The notes: a model not told the origin generated them from the letters alone. A DNA stretch of 64,000 bases from Escherichia coli (GCF_003334355.1 NZ_QOWP01000012.1), one strand, 5' to 3'; positions 48,070 through 63,504 are shown, counted from the stretch's first letter. Numbers and translations: made by a program.

Positions 48070-50220
48070 TTAACGCCGCCGACGGCGTGGGGATTTCGTT
48101 TTTTCTTTCTTTTTAACTATACCTTCAGGGACTTCCGGTTGCTCTATCGGAAATACCGGTAATGCATCCAGTAGTCGCTTGCCATAATTTTTGGTCAGCA
48201 AGCGTTTGTCGTAGATAACCACTTCGCCCCAGCAACCGTGGCTTCGAATCAGTCGCCCAACCTGCTGAATCAGGTTAAACGAGGCGCTCGGCAGGCTTTG
48301 CACCTCAAACGGATAGCGGTTGAGGCTTTTCAGCCATTCCCCTTCGGTGATCACCACCGGGCTGTCGATGGGCGGAAAAGCGATTTTGTGGATATGCACC
48401 TGGCTGAGCAGATCACCTTTCAAATCAAGCCCTTCGGCAAATGACTGTAAGCCCACCAGCACGCTGCGCTCACCGTTGGCGACGCGTTTGCGGTGCAGTT
48501 CAACTAAACGGTAACGCGGCTGATCGCCCTGAACCAGCAACATCAGACGTAAATCCGTCACATAGTCGAGAAAGCGCTGCATCGCCCGTCCGCTGGCAAA
48601 CAGTACCAACATACCGAGATGTTTTTTGCTCTCCACCTGCTTACGGAAAAAGGCCGCCATTTCGGCAATATGCTGCTCTTCGTTGTCGATGGAAGGCTCA
48701 ACGCGCATCCGGGGAATAACAATTTTGCCCTGTTCGCAGTGGTTAAAGGGGGAATCCAGCGCCACAAAACGGTCGCCCGCTTTCTCTTTCAGACCACTCA
48801 TCTCCTGCAAACGCGAAAAACTGTTCAGCGAACGCAAGGTTGCGGAGGTGACAATAATGTGCGGAATACTGCGCCACAGCAGCCTTTCCAGCTGATCGCT
48901 GACACGTATTCCCACGCAGTGAAACCAGAGGTGTAGCTGCCCTTCGCGCTCTTCCCGCGTCGCCCATTTGGTCACCGGTGCACCGGAAGATTGCGCCAGC
49001 GAAGCCAGCCGCCAGAGTTTGCTTTGCGCCTCGAACATCCCCAACGCGCGGTTCATCTGCAAAATCAACCGATGCAGACGTACAATGTCATGGCTGCCGG
49101 TTTTCTCACTTAAATCGTTAAGAAATAACTCCGCCAGGCCACGCAGCATCTCGGTGAGTTTTGCCAGCCGCTGGCAGATCTCCAGCACTTCATCTGGCAG
49201 TTCGCCCATCGCAAAACGGTGCTCTGCCTCCTGCCCGGCAGGCATGTAGAGATTGAGAATGTTGTTTAACGAGGCGATAAGCTCATACAACTCTTCACAA
49301 TGCGCATTCAAACGTTCAGGAATCGCCAGCGGTGGGATGGTCTTCGGGCGAAACTGCTCCATGCAGGTAGCGACCAGTTTCGTGAACAAGTCCAGCTGTA
49401 GCCGATACCACGGCGCGGTGATTTCGGCGCTCATCTCAAGCGCATCCCGCGCCACATCCGGCAGGTGATGGCCTTCGTCCAGCACCAGCAGTAAATTTTT
49501 CGGGTCAGGCAATACCGCTTCGCTTTCCATCGCCGCCATCACCAGCGCATGGTTTGCCACCACCACTTCCGCTTCCTGAATCTCCCGACGAGCGACAAAA
49601 AACGGGCATTCACGATAGTAGTAACAATTGCGGTTGAGGCAGCTGGCTTTGTCGGTACTTAAACGACGCCAGAGATCGTCATCTATAGCGATATCAGTAT
49701 GATCGCGCAGACCATCCCATTTATAAGTATCGAGATCGCCCTTCAGCTTCGCACAACGTTTTTGCTCTTCCTGATTGTTCGGGGTCAGTTCGTCGTCAAG
49801 AAACGCCAGCAGATCCTGTTGCGTGGGTTCAGTACTGGCGAGCGCCGTCAGATTACGCGGACAAACGTAGCGCCCACGCCCAAAAGCGGCAGTGAATTTA
49901 AGATCGGGAATGATCTTTTTCAGCAGCGGTAAATCTTTGCTGTAAATCTGATCCTGCAATGCCACGTTGGCGGTACTCACCACCAGCGTTTTTTGCTCTT
50001 CGCGGGCAATGGCGATGCCGGGAATCAAATAAGAGAGCGTTTTCCCAACGCCGGTGGGGGCTTCAATCGCCAGATGTCGCCCTTCTTCTCCGGCCAGCGT
50101 TTTGGCGACGTCCGCAATCATCTGCCGCTGCGGCGCACGGGGAATAAAGTCGGGGATCTGTTCCTGAAGCGCCTTATACCAGGCGGCAATTTGCGCTTTA
50201 AGCGCGGCGGTTAATGCCAT
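48070..50220 (-). CDS. dinG: ATP-dependent DNA helicase DinG (FeS, superfamily 2)
   Basis: ORF 48070..50355; start placed at MALTAALKAQIA; 716 aa; Walker A (APTGVGKT) and DEAH box (VLDEGHHL). Confidence 0.94.
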   Translation of the reverse strand: MALTAALKAQIAAWYKALQEQIPDFIPRAPQRQMIADVAKTLAGEEGRHLAIEAPTGVGKTLSYLIPGIAIAREEQKTLVVSTANVALQDQIYSKDLPLLKKIIPDLKFTAAFGRGRYVCPRNLTALASTEPTQQDLLAFLDDELTPNNQEEQKRCAKLKGDLDTYKWDGLRDHTDIAIDDDLWRRLSTDKASCLNRNCYYYRECPFFVARREIQEAEVVVANHALVMAAMESEAVLPDPKNLLLVLDEGHHLPDVARDALEMSAEITAPWYRLQLDLFTKLVATCMEQFRPKTIPPLAIPERLNAHCEELYELIASLNNILNLYMPAGQEAEHRFAMGELPDEVLEICQRLAKLTEMLRGLAELFLNDLSEKTGSHDIVRLHRLILQMNRALGMFEAQSKLWRLASLAQSSGAPVTKWATREEREGQLHLWFHCVGIRVSDQLERLLWRSIPHIIVTSATLRSLNSFSRLQEMSGLKEKAGDRFVALDSPFNHCEQGKIVIPRMRVEPSIDNEEQHIAEMAAFFRKQVESKKHLGMLVLFASGRAMQRFLDYVTDLRLMLLVQGDQPRYRLVELHRKRVANGERSVLVGLQSFAEGLDLKGDLLSQVHIHKIAFPPIDSPVVITEGEWLKSLNRYPFEVQSLPSASFNLIQQVGRLIRSHGCWGEVVIYDKRLLTKNYGKRLLDALPVFPIEQPEVPEGIVKKKEKTKSPRRRRR

Positions 50221-50235
50221 GAGAAAACCTGAAAT

Positions 50236-50255
50236 ACTGTATAAACAGCCAATAT
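50236..50255. promoter_or_regulatory. LexA (SOS) box in the dinG promoter
   Basis: tactgtataaacagccaata, a CTGT...ACAG-type non-canonical SOS box 16 bp upstream of the dinG start. Confidence 0.7.
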
Positions 50256-50339
50256 TGTGGCATTTTTCGGTTTTCAGGGGTAATGGTTTTTCTGTTTCTG
50301 GAAAGCGGCTCGCAATAACCACCAACATAATGCGGTTTA

Positions 50340-50822
50340 ATGCCCGTTCGAGCACAAAGGATCCAACACGTCATGCAAGACACCATCATAAATTTCTACA
50401 GCACCAGCGATGACTACGGTGATTTTTCTAACTTTGCCGCCTGGCCCATCAAGGTTGACGGGAAAACCTGGCCCACCTCAGAACACTATTTTCAGGCACA
50501 AAAATTCCTTGATGAAAAATACCGCGAAGAGATCCGTCGGGTTTCTTCCCCTATGGTCGCCGCACGCATGGGGCGCGATCGTTCTAAGCCTCTGCGTAAA
50601 AACTGGGAGTCGGTCAAAGAACAGGTGATGCGAAAAGCACTTCGCGCTAAATTCGAACAGCATGCAGAACTGCGTGCGCTCTTGCTGGCAACCGCGCCCG
50701 CAAAACTGGTTGAGCATACGGAAAACGATGCTTACTGGGGAGACGGTGGTCATGGTAAGGGCAAGAATCGACTGGGCTACCTTTTAATGGAGTTGCGCGA
50801 ACAATTGGCTATAGAGAAGTAA
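50340..50822 (+). CDS. ybiA: N-glycosidase YbiA (NADAR/DUF1768 family)
   Basis: 160-aa ORF; recognised sequence. Confidence 0.92.
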   Translation: MPVRAQRIQHVMQDTIINFYSTSDDYGDFSNFAAWPIKVDGKTWPTSEHYFQAQKFLDEKYREEIRRVSSPMVAARMGRDRSKPLRKNWESVKEQVMRKALRAKFEQHAELRALLLATAPAKLVEHTENDAYWGDGGHGKGKNRLGYLLMELREQLAIEK

Positions 50823-50903
50823 CGTCTCGGTGGCTTATGGGCGGTAAAACAGATAAATTTTTTCCCGTGTTCTCAAATTGCTGACAAGTGCTTGTTGTGA
50901 AAT

Positions 50904-51001
<98 letters not shown>

Positions 51002-51053
51002 AGTTTTGCGTTTGTTCATCAGCCTGATGCCGGGCATAGCCCGGCATAAAAGA

Positions 51054-52418
51054 TTACTGCGCAGCGGCAGGTTTACGCGGACGGCGGCGACGTTGTTGTT
51101 CGCCTGCCGGTTTGGCATCGCCGAGGCGGCGAGACGGTTTTTCTGCAGGTTTCGCGCTTGCAGATTTTGCGCCACCTTCCCCACGGCGTGGTTGCTGTTG
51201 ACCGCGACCACCACCTTGCCCACGACCGCCGCCGCCACGTTGCTGGCGACCGTTCTGGATCGGTTCGGCTTTGATTGACGGGTCCGGCTCATAGCCCGGA
51301 ATCGCAATGCGCGGGATCTCTTTTTTCAGCAGTTTTTCGATATCACGCAGCAGTTTGTGTTCATCAACACACACCAGCGACAACGCTTCACCGGTAGCAG
51401 CCGCACGACCGGTACGCCCGATACGGTGGACATAATCTTCAGGTACGTTTGGCAGTTCATAGTTGACGACGTGCGGCAGCTCTTCAATATCCAGGCCGCG
51501 CGCAGCGATGTCAGTTGCCACCAGTACACGAATATCGCCCGATTTAAAATCAGCCAGCGCACGAGTACGCGCACCTTGCGATTTATTGCCGTGGATCGCC
51601 GCACTACGGATGCCATCTTTATTGAGCTGTTCAGCCAGATGGTTAGCGCCGTGTTTGGTACGGGTAAACACCAGCACCTGCTGCCAGTTCCCTTTCCCAA
51701 TCATGTGCGACAGCAATTCGCGTTTGCGTTTCTTATCGACAAAGTGAACGTGCTGGGTCACCTGATCAGACGCGGTATTGCGGCGTGCCACTTCGATTTC
51801 CAGCGGGTTGTGCAACAGTTTTTCCGCCAGGGCTTTAATATCGTCAGAGAAGGTCGCGGAGAATAACAGGTTCTGGCGCTTCGCAGGTAGTTTTGTTAAC
51901 ACGCGACGGATATCGTGGATAAAGCCCATGTCGAGCATGCGGTCAGCTTCATCGAGGACGAGGATTTCAACCTGATCCAGCTTCACTGCATTCTGATGTT
52001 CCAGGTCCAGCAAACGTCCCGGGGTTGCCACCAGCACATCAACGCCGCCACGCAGTTTCATCATCTGCGGGTTAATACTCACACCACCAAACACCACCAG
52101 CGAACGAATGTTCAGGTATTTGCTGTAATCACGGACGTTTTCGCCAATCTGCGCCGCCAGTTCACGGGTCGGGGTAAGAATGAGCGCACGTACCGGACGA
52201 CGCCCTTTGGCGTGCGGCTGGCGAGTGATCAGGTGTTGCAACAGCGGCAGCGTAAAGCCCGCTGTTTTGCCGGTGCCGGTCTGGGCGCTAGCCATCAGGT
52301 CGCGGCCTTCCAGCACCGCAGGGATCGCCTGCTGCTGAATAGGGGTGGGTTCACGGTAACCCTGCTCGGCAACGGCGCGCAGGATATCAGGGCTTAAACC
52401 CAAAGAATCGAAAGACAT
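51054..52418 (-). CDS. rhlE: ATP-dependent RNA helicase RhlE (DEAD-box)
   Basis: 454-aa ORF; Q-motif, Walker A (AQTGTGKT), DEAD box (VLDEADRM), basic Arg/Gly-rich C-terminal tail. Confidence 0.95.
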
Positions 52419-52646
52419 AACTACTCCGAACCGCCCCGACCGTTACCGGTGTAGTTTTCAGGGAGATACTGAAAAGGAAAATGACAAAAACCACAATGTC
52501 ATGAGGGAGCGGAGTGTAGCAGTTTTTGTGACGCAGCGCATAAATTATCCCTGTGACTGGCGTTGCTAAAATTCTTAGCCATACTGGACAACTCCCCTAT
52601 GGAGTCATAATCTTAATCAATCATTTGATTAAGAATGGACTGTGCG

Positions 52647-56037
<3,391 letters not shown>

Positions 56038-56045
<8 letters not shown>

Positions 56046-57171
56046 CCCGATCCTGTCCTGGCGTCGCGTACGGGCGCTGTGCGTTAAAGAGACGCGGCAG
56101 ATCGTTCGCGATCCGAGTAGCTGGCTGATTGCGGTAGTGATCCCGCTGCTACTGCTGTTTATTTTTGGTTACGGCATTAACCTCGACTCCAGCAAGCTGC
56201 GGGTCGGGATTTTACTGGAACAGCGTAGCGAAGCGGCGCTGGATTTCACCCACACCATGACCGGTTCGCCCTACATCGACGCCACCATCAGCGATAACCG
56301 TCAGGAACTGATCGCCAAAATGCAGGCGGGGAAAATTCGCGGTCTGGTGGTTATTCCGGTGGATTTTGCGGAACAGATGGAGCGCGCCAACGCCACCGCA
56401 CCGATTCAGGTGATCACCGACGGCAGTGAGCCGAATACCGCTAACTTTGTACAGGGGTATGTCGAAGGGATCTGGCAGATCTGGCAAATGCAGCGAGCGG
56501 AGGACAACGGGCAGACTTTTGAACCGCTTATTGATGTACAAACCCGCTACTGGTTTAACCCGGCGGCGATTAGCCAGCACTTCATTATCCCCGGTGCGGT
56601 GACCATTATCATGACGGTCATCGGCGCGATTCTCACCTCGCTGGTGGTGGCGCGAGAATGGGAACGCGGCACCATGGAGGCTCTGCTCTCTACGGAGATT
56701 ACCCGCACGGAACTGCTGCTGTGTAAGCTGATCCCTTATTACTTTCTCGGGATGCTGGCGATGTTGCTGTGTATGCTGGTGTCAGTGTTTATTCTCGGCG
56801 TGCCGTATCGCGGGTCGCTGCTGATTCTGTTTTTTATCTCCAGCCTGTTTTTACTCAGTACCCTGGGGATGGGGCTGCTGATTTCCACGATTACCCGCAA
56901 CCAGTTCAATGCCGCTCAGGTCGCCCTGAACGCCGCTTTTCTGCCGTCGATTATGCTTTCCGGCTTTATTTTTCAGATCGACAGTATGCCCGCGGTGATC
57001 CGCGCGGTGACGTACATTATTCCCGCTCGTTATTTCGTCAGCACCCTGCAAAGCCTGTTCCTCGCCGGGAATATTCCAGTGGTGCTGGTGGTAAACGTGC
57101 TGTTTTTGATCGCTTCGGCGGTGATGTTTATCGGCCTGACGTGGCTGAAAACCAAACGTCGGCTGGATTAG
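56038..57171 (+). CDS. ybhS: ABC-2 family permease YbhS
   Basis: 377-aa polytopic ORF; start overlaps ybhF stop by 8 bp. Confidence 0.93.
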
Positions 57172-57181
57172 GGAGAAGAGC

Positions 57182-58288
57182 ATGTTTCATCGCTTATGGA
57201 CGTTAATCCGCAAAGAGTTGCAGTCGTTGCTGCGCGAACCGCAAACCCGCGCGATTCTGATTTTACCCGTGCTAATTCAGGTGATCCTGTTCCCGTTCGC
57301 CGCCACGCTGGAAGTGACTAACGCCACCATCGCCATCTACGATGAAGATAACGGCGAGCATTCGGTGGAGCTGACCCAACGTTTTGCCCGCGCCAGCGCC
57401 TTTACTCATGTGCTGCTGCTGAAAAGCCCACAGGAGATCCGCCCAACCATCGACACACAAAAGGCGTTACTACTGGTGCGTTTCCCGGCTGACTTCTCGC
57501 GCAAACTGGATACCTTCCAGACCGCGCCTTTGCAGTTGATCCTCGACGGGCGTAACTCCAACAGTGCGCAAATTGCCGCCAACTACCTGCAACAGATCGT
57601 CAAAAATTATCAGCAGGAGCTGCTGGAAGGAAAACCGAAACCTAACAACAGCGAGCTGGTGGTACGCAACTGGTATAACCCGAATCTCGACTACAAATGG
57701 TTTGTGGTGCCGTCACTGATCGCCATGATCACCACTATCGGCGTAATGATCGTCACTTCACTTTCCGTCGCCCGCGAACGTGAACAAGGTACGCTCGATC
57801 AGCTACTGGTTTCGCCGCTCACCACCTGGCAGATCTTCATCGGCAAAGCCGTACCGGCGTTAATTGTCGCCACCTTCCAGGCCACCATTGTGCTGGCGAT
57901 TGGTATCTGGGCGTATCAAATCCCCTTCGCCGGATCGCTGGCGCTGTTCTACTTTACGATGGTGATTTATGGTTTATCGCTGGTGGGATTCGGTCTGTTG
58001 ATTTCATCACTCTGTTCAACACAACAGCAGGCGTTTATCGGCGTGTTTGTCTTTATGATGCCCGCCATTCTCCTTTCCGGTTACGTTTCTCCGGTGGAAA
58101 ACATGCCGGTATGGCTGCAAAACCTGACGTGGATTAACCCTATTCGCCACTTTACGGACATTACCAAGCAGATTTATTTGAAGGATGCGAGTCTGGATAT
58201 TGTGTGGAATAGTTTGTGGCCGCTACTGGTGATAACGGCCACGACAGGGTCAGCGGCGTACGCGATGTTTAGACGTAAGGTGATGTAA
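57182..58288 (+). CDS. ybhR: ABC-2 family permease YbhR
   Basis: 368-aa polytopic ORF, paralogous to YbhS. Confidence 0.93.
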
Positions 58289-58660
58289 CTTCTTATCTTT
58301 CGCCAGCAAAGACACTACCGCCGGGCCGGCAAGGATTGCCAGCCCTGCAATTGCCAGCAAAAAGTTGTTTTCCAGAACGCGGGACAACAGCCACAGCACA
58401 ATCAGCGCTGCGCCAAAATACCAGGTCGTGGTCAGCTCTTCCAGCACGTCTGCCACCTCACGCCAGCGTTGCTCGGGGTGGCGCTGAAACACCAGCATCA
58501 TCACTACCGTGACACAATACAGTGCGCATAATCCCACGCCGACGTGAACCAGAGTCTTACTCATCCAGCCCACCACCAGCAGCGCCACTACCAGTAAATG
58601 CAACATAATCTGCCAGCAACTTAGACCCGTTGCGACACGAACACGTTGTTGCCACTTCAT
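58250..58660 (-). CDS. ybhQ: Inner membrane protein YbhQ
   Basis: 136-aa ORF with 4 predicted TM helices; 3' end overlaps the ybhR 3' end by 39 bp (convergent). Confidence 0.88.
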
Positions 58661-58792
58661 GGCTTCTCTCCTGAAGAATTTATCTCTACTTACTCAGAGT
58701 ACCGAACTTTACGGAAAATTCCGTAAGACCGCACCTTTTTGTGACGCCGACTACACTATTTCAATGAGATAAGAGGCAAAGACAGGAAAATT

Positions 58793-59554
58793 ATGCCCGA
58801 TCAAACACAACAATTTTCGTTCAAGGTGCTCACCATCAATATTCACAAAGGCTTTACCGCGTTTAACCGACGCTTCATTTTGCCGGAACTTCGCGACGCC
58901 GTGCGTACCGTCAGCGCCGATATTGTTTGCCTGCAGGAAGTGATGGGCGCGCACGAAGTTCATCCGCTGCATGTGGAAAACTGGCCCGATACCTCGCACT
59001 ACGAGTTTCTCGCCGACACTATGTGGAGCGATTTTGCCTACGGTCGCAATGCCGTATACCCGGAAGGGCATCACGGCAACGCCGTACTGTCGCGTTATCC
59101 CATTGAACATTATGAGAATCGCGATGTTTCGGTCGATGGTGCGGAAAAGCGCGGCGTGCTCTACTGCCGCATTGTGCCGCCGATGACCGGAAAAGCGATT
59201 CATGTGATGTGCGTACATCTGGGCCTGCGTGAGGCGCACCGTCAGGCGCAGCTTGCGATGCTCGCCGAATGGGTGAATGAGCTACCGGACGGCGAACCGG
59301 TATTGGTGGCGGGTGATTTCAATGACTGGCGGCAAAAAGCTAATCATCCGTTAAAAGTGCAGGCCGGACTGGATGAGATATTTACCCGCGCCCACGGACG
59401 CCCGGCGCGCACGTTTCCGGTGCAATTTCCTCTACTACGTCTGGACAGGATCTACGTCAAAAATGCCAGCGCCAGCGCGCCAACCGCGTTGCCGCTGCAG
59501 ACATGGCGACACCTTTCTGATCATGCCCCTTTAAGTGCGGAGATTCATTTATGA
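58793..59554 (+). CDS. ybhP: Endonuclease/exonuclease/phosphatase-family protein YbhP
   Basis: 253-aa ORF; EEP fold; stop overlaps clsB start by 4 bp. Confidence 0.92.
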   Translation: MPDQTQQFSFKVLTINIHKGFTAFNRRFILPELRDAVRTVSADIVCLQEVMGAHEVHPLHVENWPDTSHYEFLADTMWSDFAYGRNAVYPEGHHGNAVLSRYPIEHYENRDVSVDGAEKRGVLYCRIVPPMTGKAIHVMCVHLGLREAHRQAQLAMLAEWVNELPDGEPVLVAGDFNDWRQKANHPLKVQAGLDEIFTRAHGRPARTFPVQFPLLRLDRIYVKNASASAPTALPLQTWRHLSDHAPLSAEIHL

Positions 59555-60792
59555 AATGTAGCTGGCGTGAAGGCAATAAGATCGAGTTGCTGGAAAACGG
59601 CGAGCAATATTATCCCGCGGTGTTTAAGGCGATTGGCGAGGCACAAGAACGCATCATTCTTGAAACGTTTATCTGGTTTGAGGATGACGTCGGCAAACAG
59701 CTGCATGCGGCACTACTGGCAGCAGCGCAACGCGGGGTTAAAGCGGAAGTCTTGCTGGATGGCTACGGTTCGCCGGATCTCAGCGATGAGTTTGTCAATG
59801 AACTGACGGCAGCTGGCGTGGTATTTCGCTACTACGATCCCCGCCCTCGCCTTTTTGGTATGCGCACCAATGTGTTTCGCCGGATGCATCGCAAAATTGT
59901 GGTGATCGACGCGCGTATCGCCTTTATTGGCGGGCTGAATTACTCCGCCGAGCATATGTCCAGCTACGGTCCAGAGGCTAAACAGGATTACGCGGTACGC
60001 CTTGAAGGGCCGATTGTCGAAGATATTCTCCAGTTTGAGCTGGAAAACCTGCCTGGACAGAGCGCGGCACGACGCTGGTGGCGACGTCATCACAAAGCGG
60101 AAGAAAATCGCCAGCCGGGAGAAGCGCAGGTATTGCTGGTCTGGCGCGATAACGAAGAACACCGCGATGATATAGAACGCCACTATCTGAAAATGCTCAC
60201 TCAGGCGCGGCGGGAAGTCATTATCGCCAACGCCTACTTCTTCCCCGGCTATCGATTTTTACACGCCTTGCGTAAAGCGGCACGCCGCGGGGTGCGGATC
60301 AAACTGATCATTCAGGGCGAACCGGATATGCCGATTGTCAGAGTCGGCGCGCGCTTGCTGTATAACTATCTGGTTAAAGGCGGCGTTCAGGTGTTTGAGT
60401 ACCGCCGCCGCCCGCTCCACGGCAAAGTAGCATTGATGGACGATCACTGGGCGACAGTAGGGTCCAGTAATCTCGATCCGCTCAGTTTGTCACTGAATCT
60501 CGAAGCAAATGTCATCATCCACGATCGTAATTTTAACCAGACGCTGCGCGATAATCTGAACGGCATTATCGCCGCAGATTGTCAGCAGGTGGATGAAACC
60601 ATGCTGCCCAAACGCACCTGGTGGAACCTGACCAAAAGCGTGCTGGCGTTCCACTTTTTACGCCACTTCCCGGCGCTGGTTGGCTGGCTTCCGGCACACA
60701 CGCCACGTCTGGCGCAGGTTGATCCGCCCGCACAACCGACAATGGAAACGCAGGATCGGGTAGAAACTGAAAACACGGGGGTAAAACCCTGA
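59551..60792 (+). CDS. clsB: Cardiolipin synthase B (ClsB, phospholipase D family)
   Basis: 413-aa ORF; two HKD motifs ([16 protein letters not shown]). Confidence 0.94.
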   Translation: MKCSWREGNKIELLENGEQYYPAVFKAIGEAQERIILETFIWFEDDVGKQLHAALLAAAQRGVKAEVLLDGYGSPDLSDEFVNELTAAGVVFRYYDPRPRLFGMRTNVFRRMHRKIVVIDARIAFIGGLNYSAEHMSSYGPEAKQDYAVRLEGPIVEDILQFELENLPGQSAARRWWRRHHKAEENRQPGEAQVLLVWRDNEEHRDDIERHYLKMLTQARREVIIANAYFFPGYRFLHALRKAARRGVRIKLIIQGEPDMPIVRVGARLLYNYLVKGGVQVFEYRRRPLHGKVALMDDHWATVGSSNLDPLSLSLNLEANVIIHDRNFNQTLRDNLNGIIAADCQQVDETMLPKRTWWNLTKSVLAFHFLRHFPALVGWLPAHTPRLAQVDPPAQPTMETQDRVETENTGVKP

Positions 60793-61748
60793 TGAGTAAA
60801 TCACACCCGCGCTGGCGCTTAGCAAAGAAGATCCTCACCTGGCTGTTTTTTATCGCGGTGATTGTGTTGCTGGTGGTCTACGCCAAAAAAGTGGACTGGG
60901 AAGAGGTCTGGAAGGTCATCCGCGACTACAATCGCGTTGCGCTGCTTAGTGCGGTCGGGCTGGTGGTCGTCAGCTATCTGATTTACGGCTGCTATGACCT
61001 GCTCGCCCGCTTTTACTGCGGTCACAAACTGGCGAAGCGCCAGGTGATGCTGGTGTCGTTTATCTGCTACGCCTTCAACCTGACGCTCAGTACCTGGGTC
61101 GGCGGCATTGGTATGCGCTATCGTTTGTACTCTCGTCTGGGGTTGCCCGGTAGCACTATTACGCGGATTTTCTCGCTCAGTATTACCACCAACTGGCTGG
61201 GCTACATTTTACTGGCAGGGATTATCTTTACCGCAGGCGTGGTGGAGTTGCCGGATCACTGGTATGTCGATCAAACTACGCTGCGTATTCTCGGCATTGG
61301 CTTACTGATGATTATCGCGGTTTATTTGTGGTTTTGCGCTTTCGCGAAGCACCGCCATATGACCATCAAAGGGCAAAAGCTGGTGCTGCCTTCATGGAAA
61401 TTCGCCCTCGCTCAGATGCTGATTTCCAGCGTTAACTGGATGGTAATGGGGGCGATTATCTGGCTGTTACTTGGTCAAAGCGTGAACTATTTCTTTGTAC
61501 TGGGCGTGTTACTGGTTAGTAGTATTGCTGGCGTCATCGTGCATATTCCGGCGGGGATCGGTGTGCTGGAAGCGGTGTTTATCGCACTACTGGCTGGGGA
61601 GCATACCTCCAAAGGTACAATTATCGCCGCCCTACTCGCTTACCGTGTGCTGTATTACTTTATCCCACTGCTGCTGGCGCTGATCTGTTACCTGTTGCTG
61701 GAAAGCCAGGCGAAGAAGCTACGGGCGAAAAATGAAGCGGCGATGTGA
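60792..61748 (+). CDS. ybhN: UPF0104-family inner membrane protein YbhN
   Basis: 318-aa polytopic ORF; start overlaps clsB stop. Confidence 0.92.
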   Translation: MSKSHPRWRLAKKILTWLFFIAVIVLLVVYAKKVDWEEVWKVIRDYNRVALLSAVGLVVVSYLIYGCYDLLARFYCGHKLAKRQVMLVSFICYAFNLTLSTWVGGIGMRYRLYSRLGLPGSTITRIFSLSITTNWLGYILLAGIIFTAGVVELPDHWYVDQTTLRILGIGLLMIIAVYLWFCAFAKHRHMTIKGQKLVLPSWKFALAQMLISSVNWMVMGAIIWLLLGQSVNYFFVLGVLLVSSIAGVIVHIPAGIGVLEAVFIALLAGEHTSKGTIIAALLAYRVLYYFIPLLLALICYLLLESQAKKLRAKNEAAM

Positions 61749-61783
61749 AGTTTAGTTAAGTTCTTTAGTATGTGCATTTACGG

Positions 61784-62497
61784 CTAATGAAAAAAACGCG
61801 TATGCCTTTGCCAGACAAGCGTTATAGCTATCGCGGCAAGTATCCCAAAGAAGCCGATAAAATAGTAATAGAGTGTTAATGCACCTGTAAAAGCGCAACG
61901 AACCGGACTCCACAACTCTTCACTATGGCATTTCCCCGCCAATTCAAGGAGCTTATTTCGTCCATGCGAGATAATGCCTGACCATAACACAATCATTAAG
62001 CAACTTATTACCCAAATGGGCCGTTCACTCATTAATGCCGCATTCACGATGATTACCAGGGCCAACCCTGTCAACGTCATCATAATGATAAAACGGTGAG
62101 AACCAGGATCAACATTAAATAATAAACCGGCCAGCATACTGATTAAAAACATCGCGCCCGCAGTGCTGAACACGATGATAATGGCATATACAGGAACTAA
62201 ACTTGCAACGACAATCGCCACCAAAGAGAGTAAAAACAGATATATTACGCCCGCGATGGCGGCATTTATCTTGTTGATATCCTTACTTAAGCCATACATA
62301 CAAAGTAATAATAACCCTATGGCGACATACATTGGTGGTGAATCATATTTGGTTGCCGTAATTTCGAGATACTTAGCTCCCCAGGCTAGTCCTGCGGTTG
62401 CCACCAAACCTAAAGCGGTAATGAGCCATATACCGTTTAATATCCTGGCCTCGTGCTGAAAATCTAATTTATTGCTGTTTTGCGAGTATGATTCCAT
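61784..62497 (-). CDS. ybhM: Bax-inhibitor-1/YccA-family inner membrane protein YbhM
   Basis: 237-aa ORF with 7 predicted TM helices; AT-rich by eye. Confidence 0.9.
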   Translation of the reverse strand: MESYSQNSNKLDFQHEARILNGIWLITALGLVATAGLAWGAKYLEITATKYDSPPMYVAIGLLLLCMYGLSKDINKINAAIAGVIYLFLLSLVAIVVASLVPVYAIIIVFSTAGAMFLISMLAGLLFNVDPGSHRFIIMMTLTGLALVIIVNAALMSERPIWVISCLMIVLWSGIISHGRNKLLELAGKCHSEELWSPVRCAFTGALTLYYYFIGFFGILAAIAITLVWQRHTRFFH

Positions 62498-62653
62498 TCT
62501 TTTAGTTATCCTTAGAAAAAATATTAATATTCACCATCAATAAATTTAAAACCACGCATACAAAATACTTTTGCATTTATGGATACAGAAAACGCTTCCG
62601 CTCGTCCATAAGGCATATTTTATACCTGGTACTTGTTAAGTGTCGTTTTTAGT

Positions 62654-62683
62654 AAGAAAAAAATCCCGACACATGGCCGGGAT
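62654..62683 (-). terminator. Intrinsic terminator downstream of ybhL
   Basis: atcccg...cgggat hairpin followed on the minus strand by a T7 run. Confidence 0.65.
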
Positions 62684-62701
62684 AGTGATGGTGAAAAAGA
62701 A

Positions 62702-63406
62702 TTAACGGCGGTTGCCGAAGATCCGCAACAACATCAGGAACAGGTTGATGAAGTCCAGATACAAGGTTAACGCGCCAAGAATGGAATATTTGCGCAGGTT
62801 CGACGTGTCGCGGGTATCAATCTGCTCACCCATATTTTTCAGTTTCTGCGTGTCATACGCCGTCAATCCGACAAAGACAATCACGCCGATGTAGGTAACT
62901 GCCCACATCAATGCTTCGCTTTTCAACCAGAAGTTGACCAGCGATGCCAGCACAATGCCGATTAACGCCATAAACAGCATATTGCCAAAGCCACTTAAAT
63001 CGCGCTTCGTGGTGTAACCGTACAGGCTCATTGCGCCGAACATCCCGGCAGTAACGACGAAAGTACTGGCGATAGAAGCAGCGGTATAGACAATGAATAT
63101 ACTGGAAAGCGTAAGACCCGTCAGCGCCGAATAAAGCATAAAGAGCATCGTCGTTACACCTGCGCTCAGCTTTTGAATCATCGCTGATAACACAATAACC
63201 AATGCTAATTGCGCGATGATCAGACCGATTAAAAAGACACGGTTAGTGAACAACAGCTCCATCACGGCCGCGGAATTAGCCGCATACCAGGCAACAAATG
63301 CGGTCAGCAACAAGCCAACGGTCATCCAGCCATAGACTTGAGCCATATAAGTTTGCAAGCCAGCCCGGGGTTGTACGATTGAATCAGAACGTGGGAATCT
63401 GTCCAT
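62702..63406 (-). CDS. ybhL: Bax-inhibitor-1/YccA-family inner membrane protein YbhL
   Basis: 234-aa ORF with 7 predicted TM helices; recognised sequence. Confidence 0.92.
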   Translation of the reverse strand: MDRFPRSDSIVQPRAGLQTYMAQVYGWMTVGLLLTAFVAWYAANSAAVMELLFTNRVFLIGLIIAQLALVIVLSAMIQKLSAGVTTMLFMLYSALTGLTLSSIFIVYTAASIASTFVVTAGMFGAMSLYGYTTKRDLSGFGNMLFMALIGIVLASLVNFWLKSEALMWAVTYIGVIVFVGLTAYDTQKLKNMGEQIDTRDTSNLRKYSILGALTLYLDFINLFLMLLRIFGNRR

Positions 63407-63504
63407 GACGATCTCCTGAAGATATAAGGAATATCTTAAGGATACTGCAAAATGATGAGGCTGTGCATCGACGCAGCGTAAACGTATGTACTGAGCGGTG
63501 AAAT

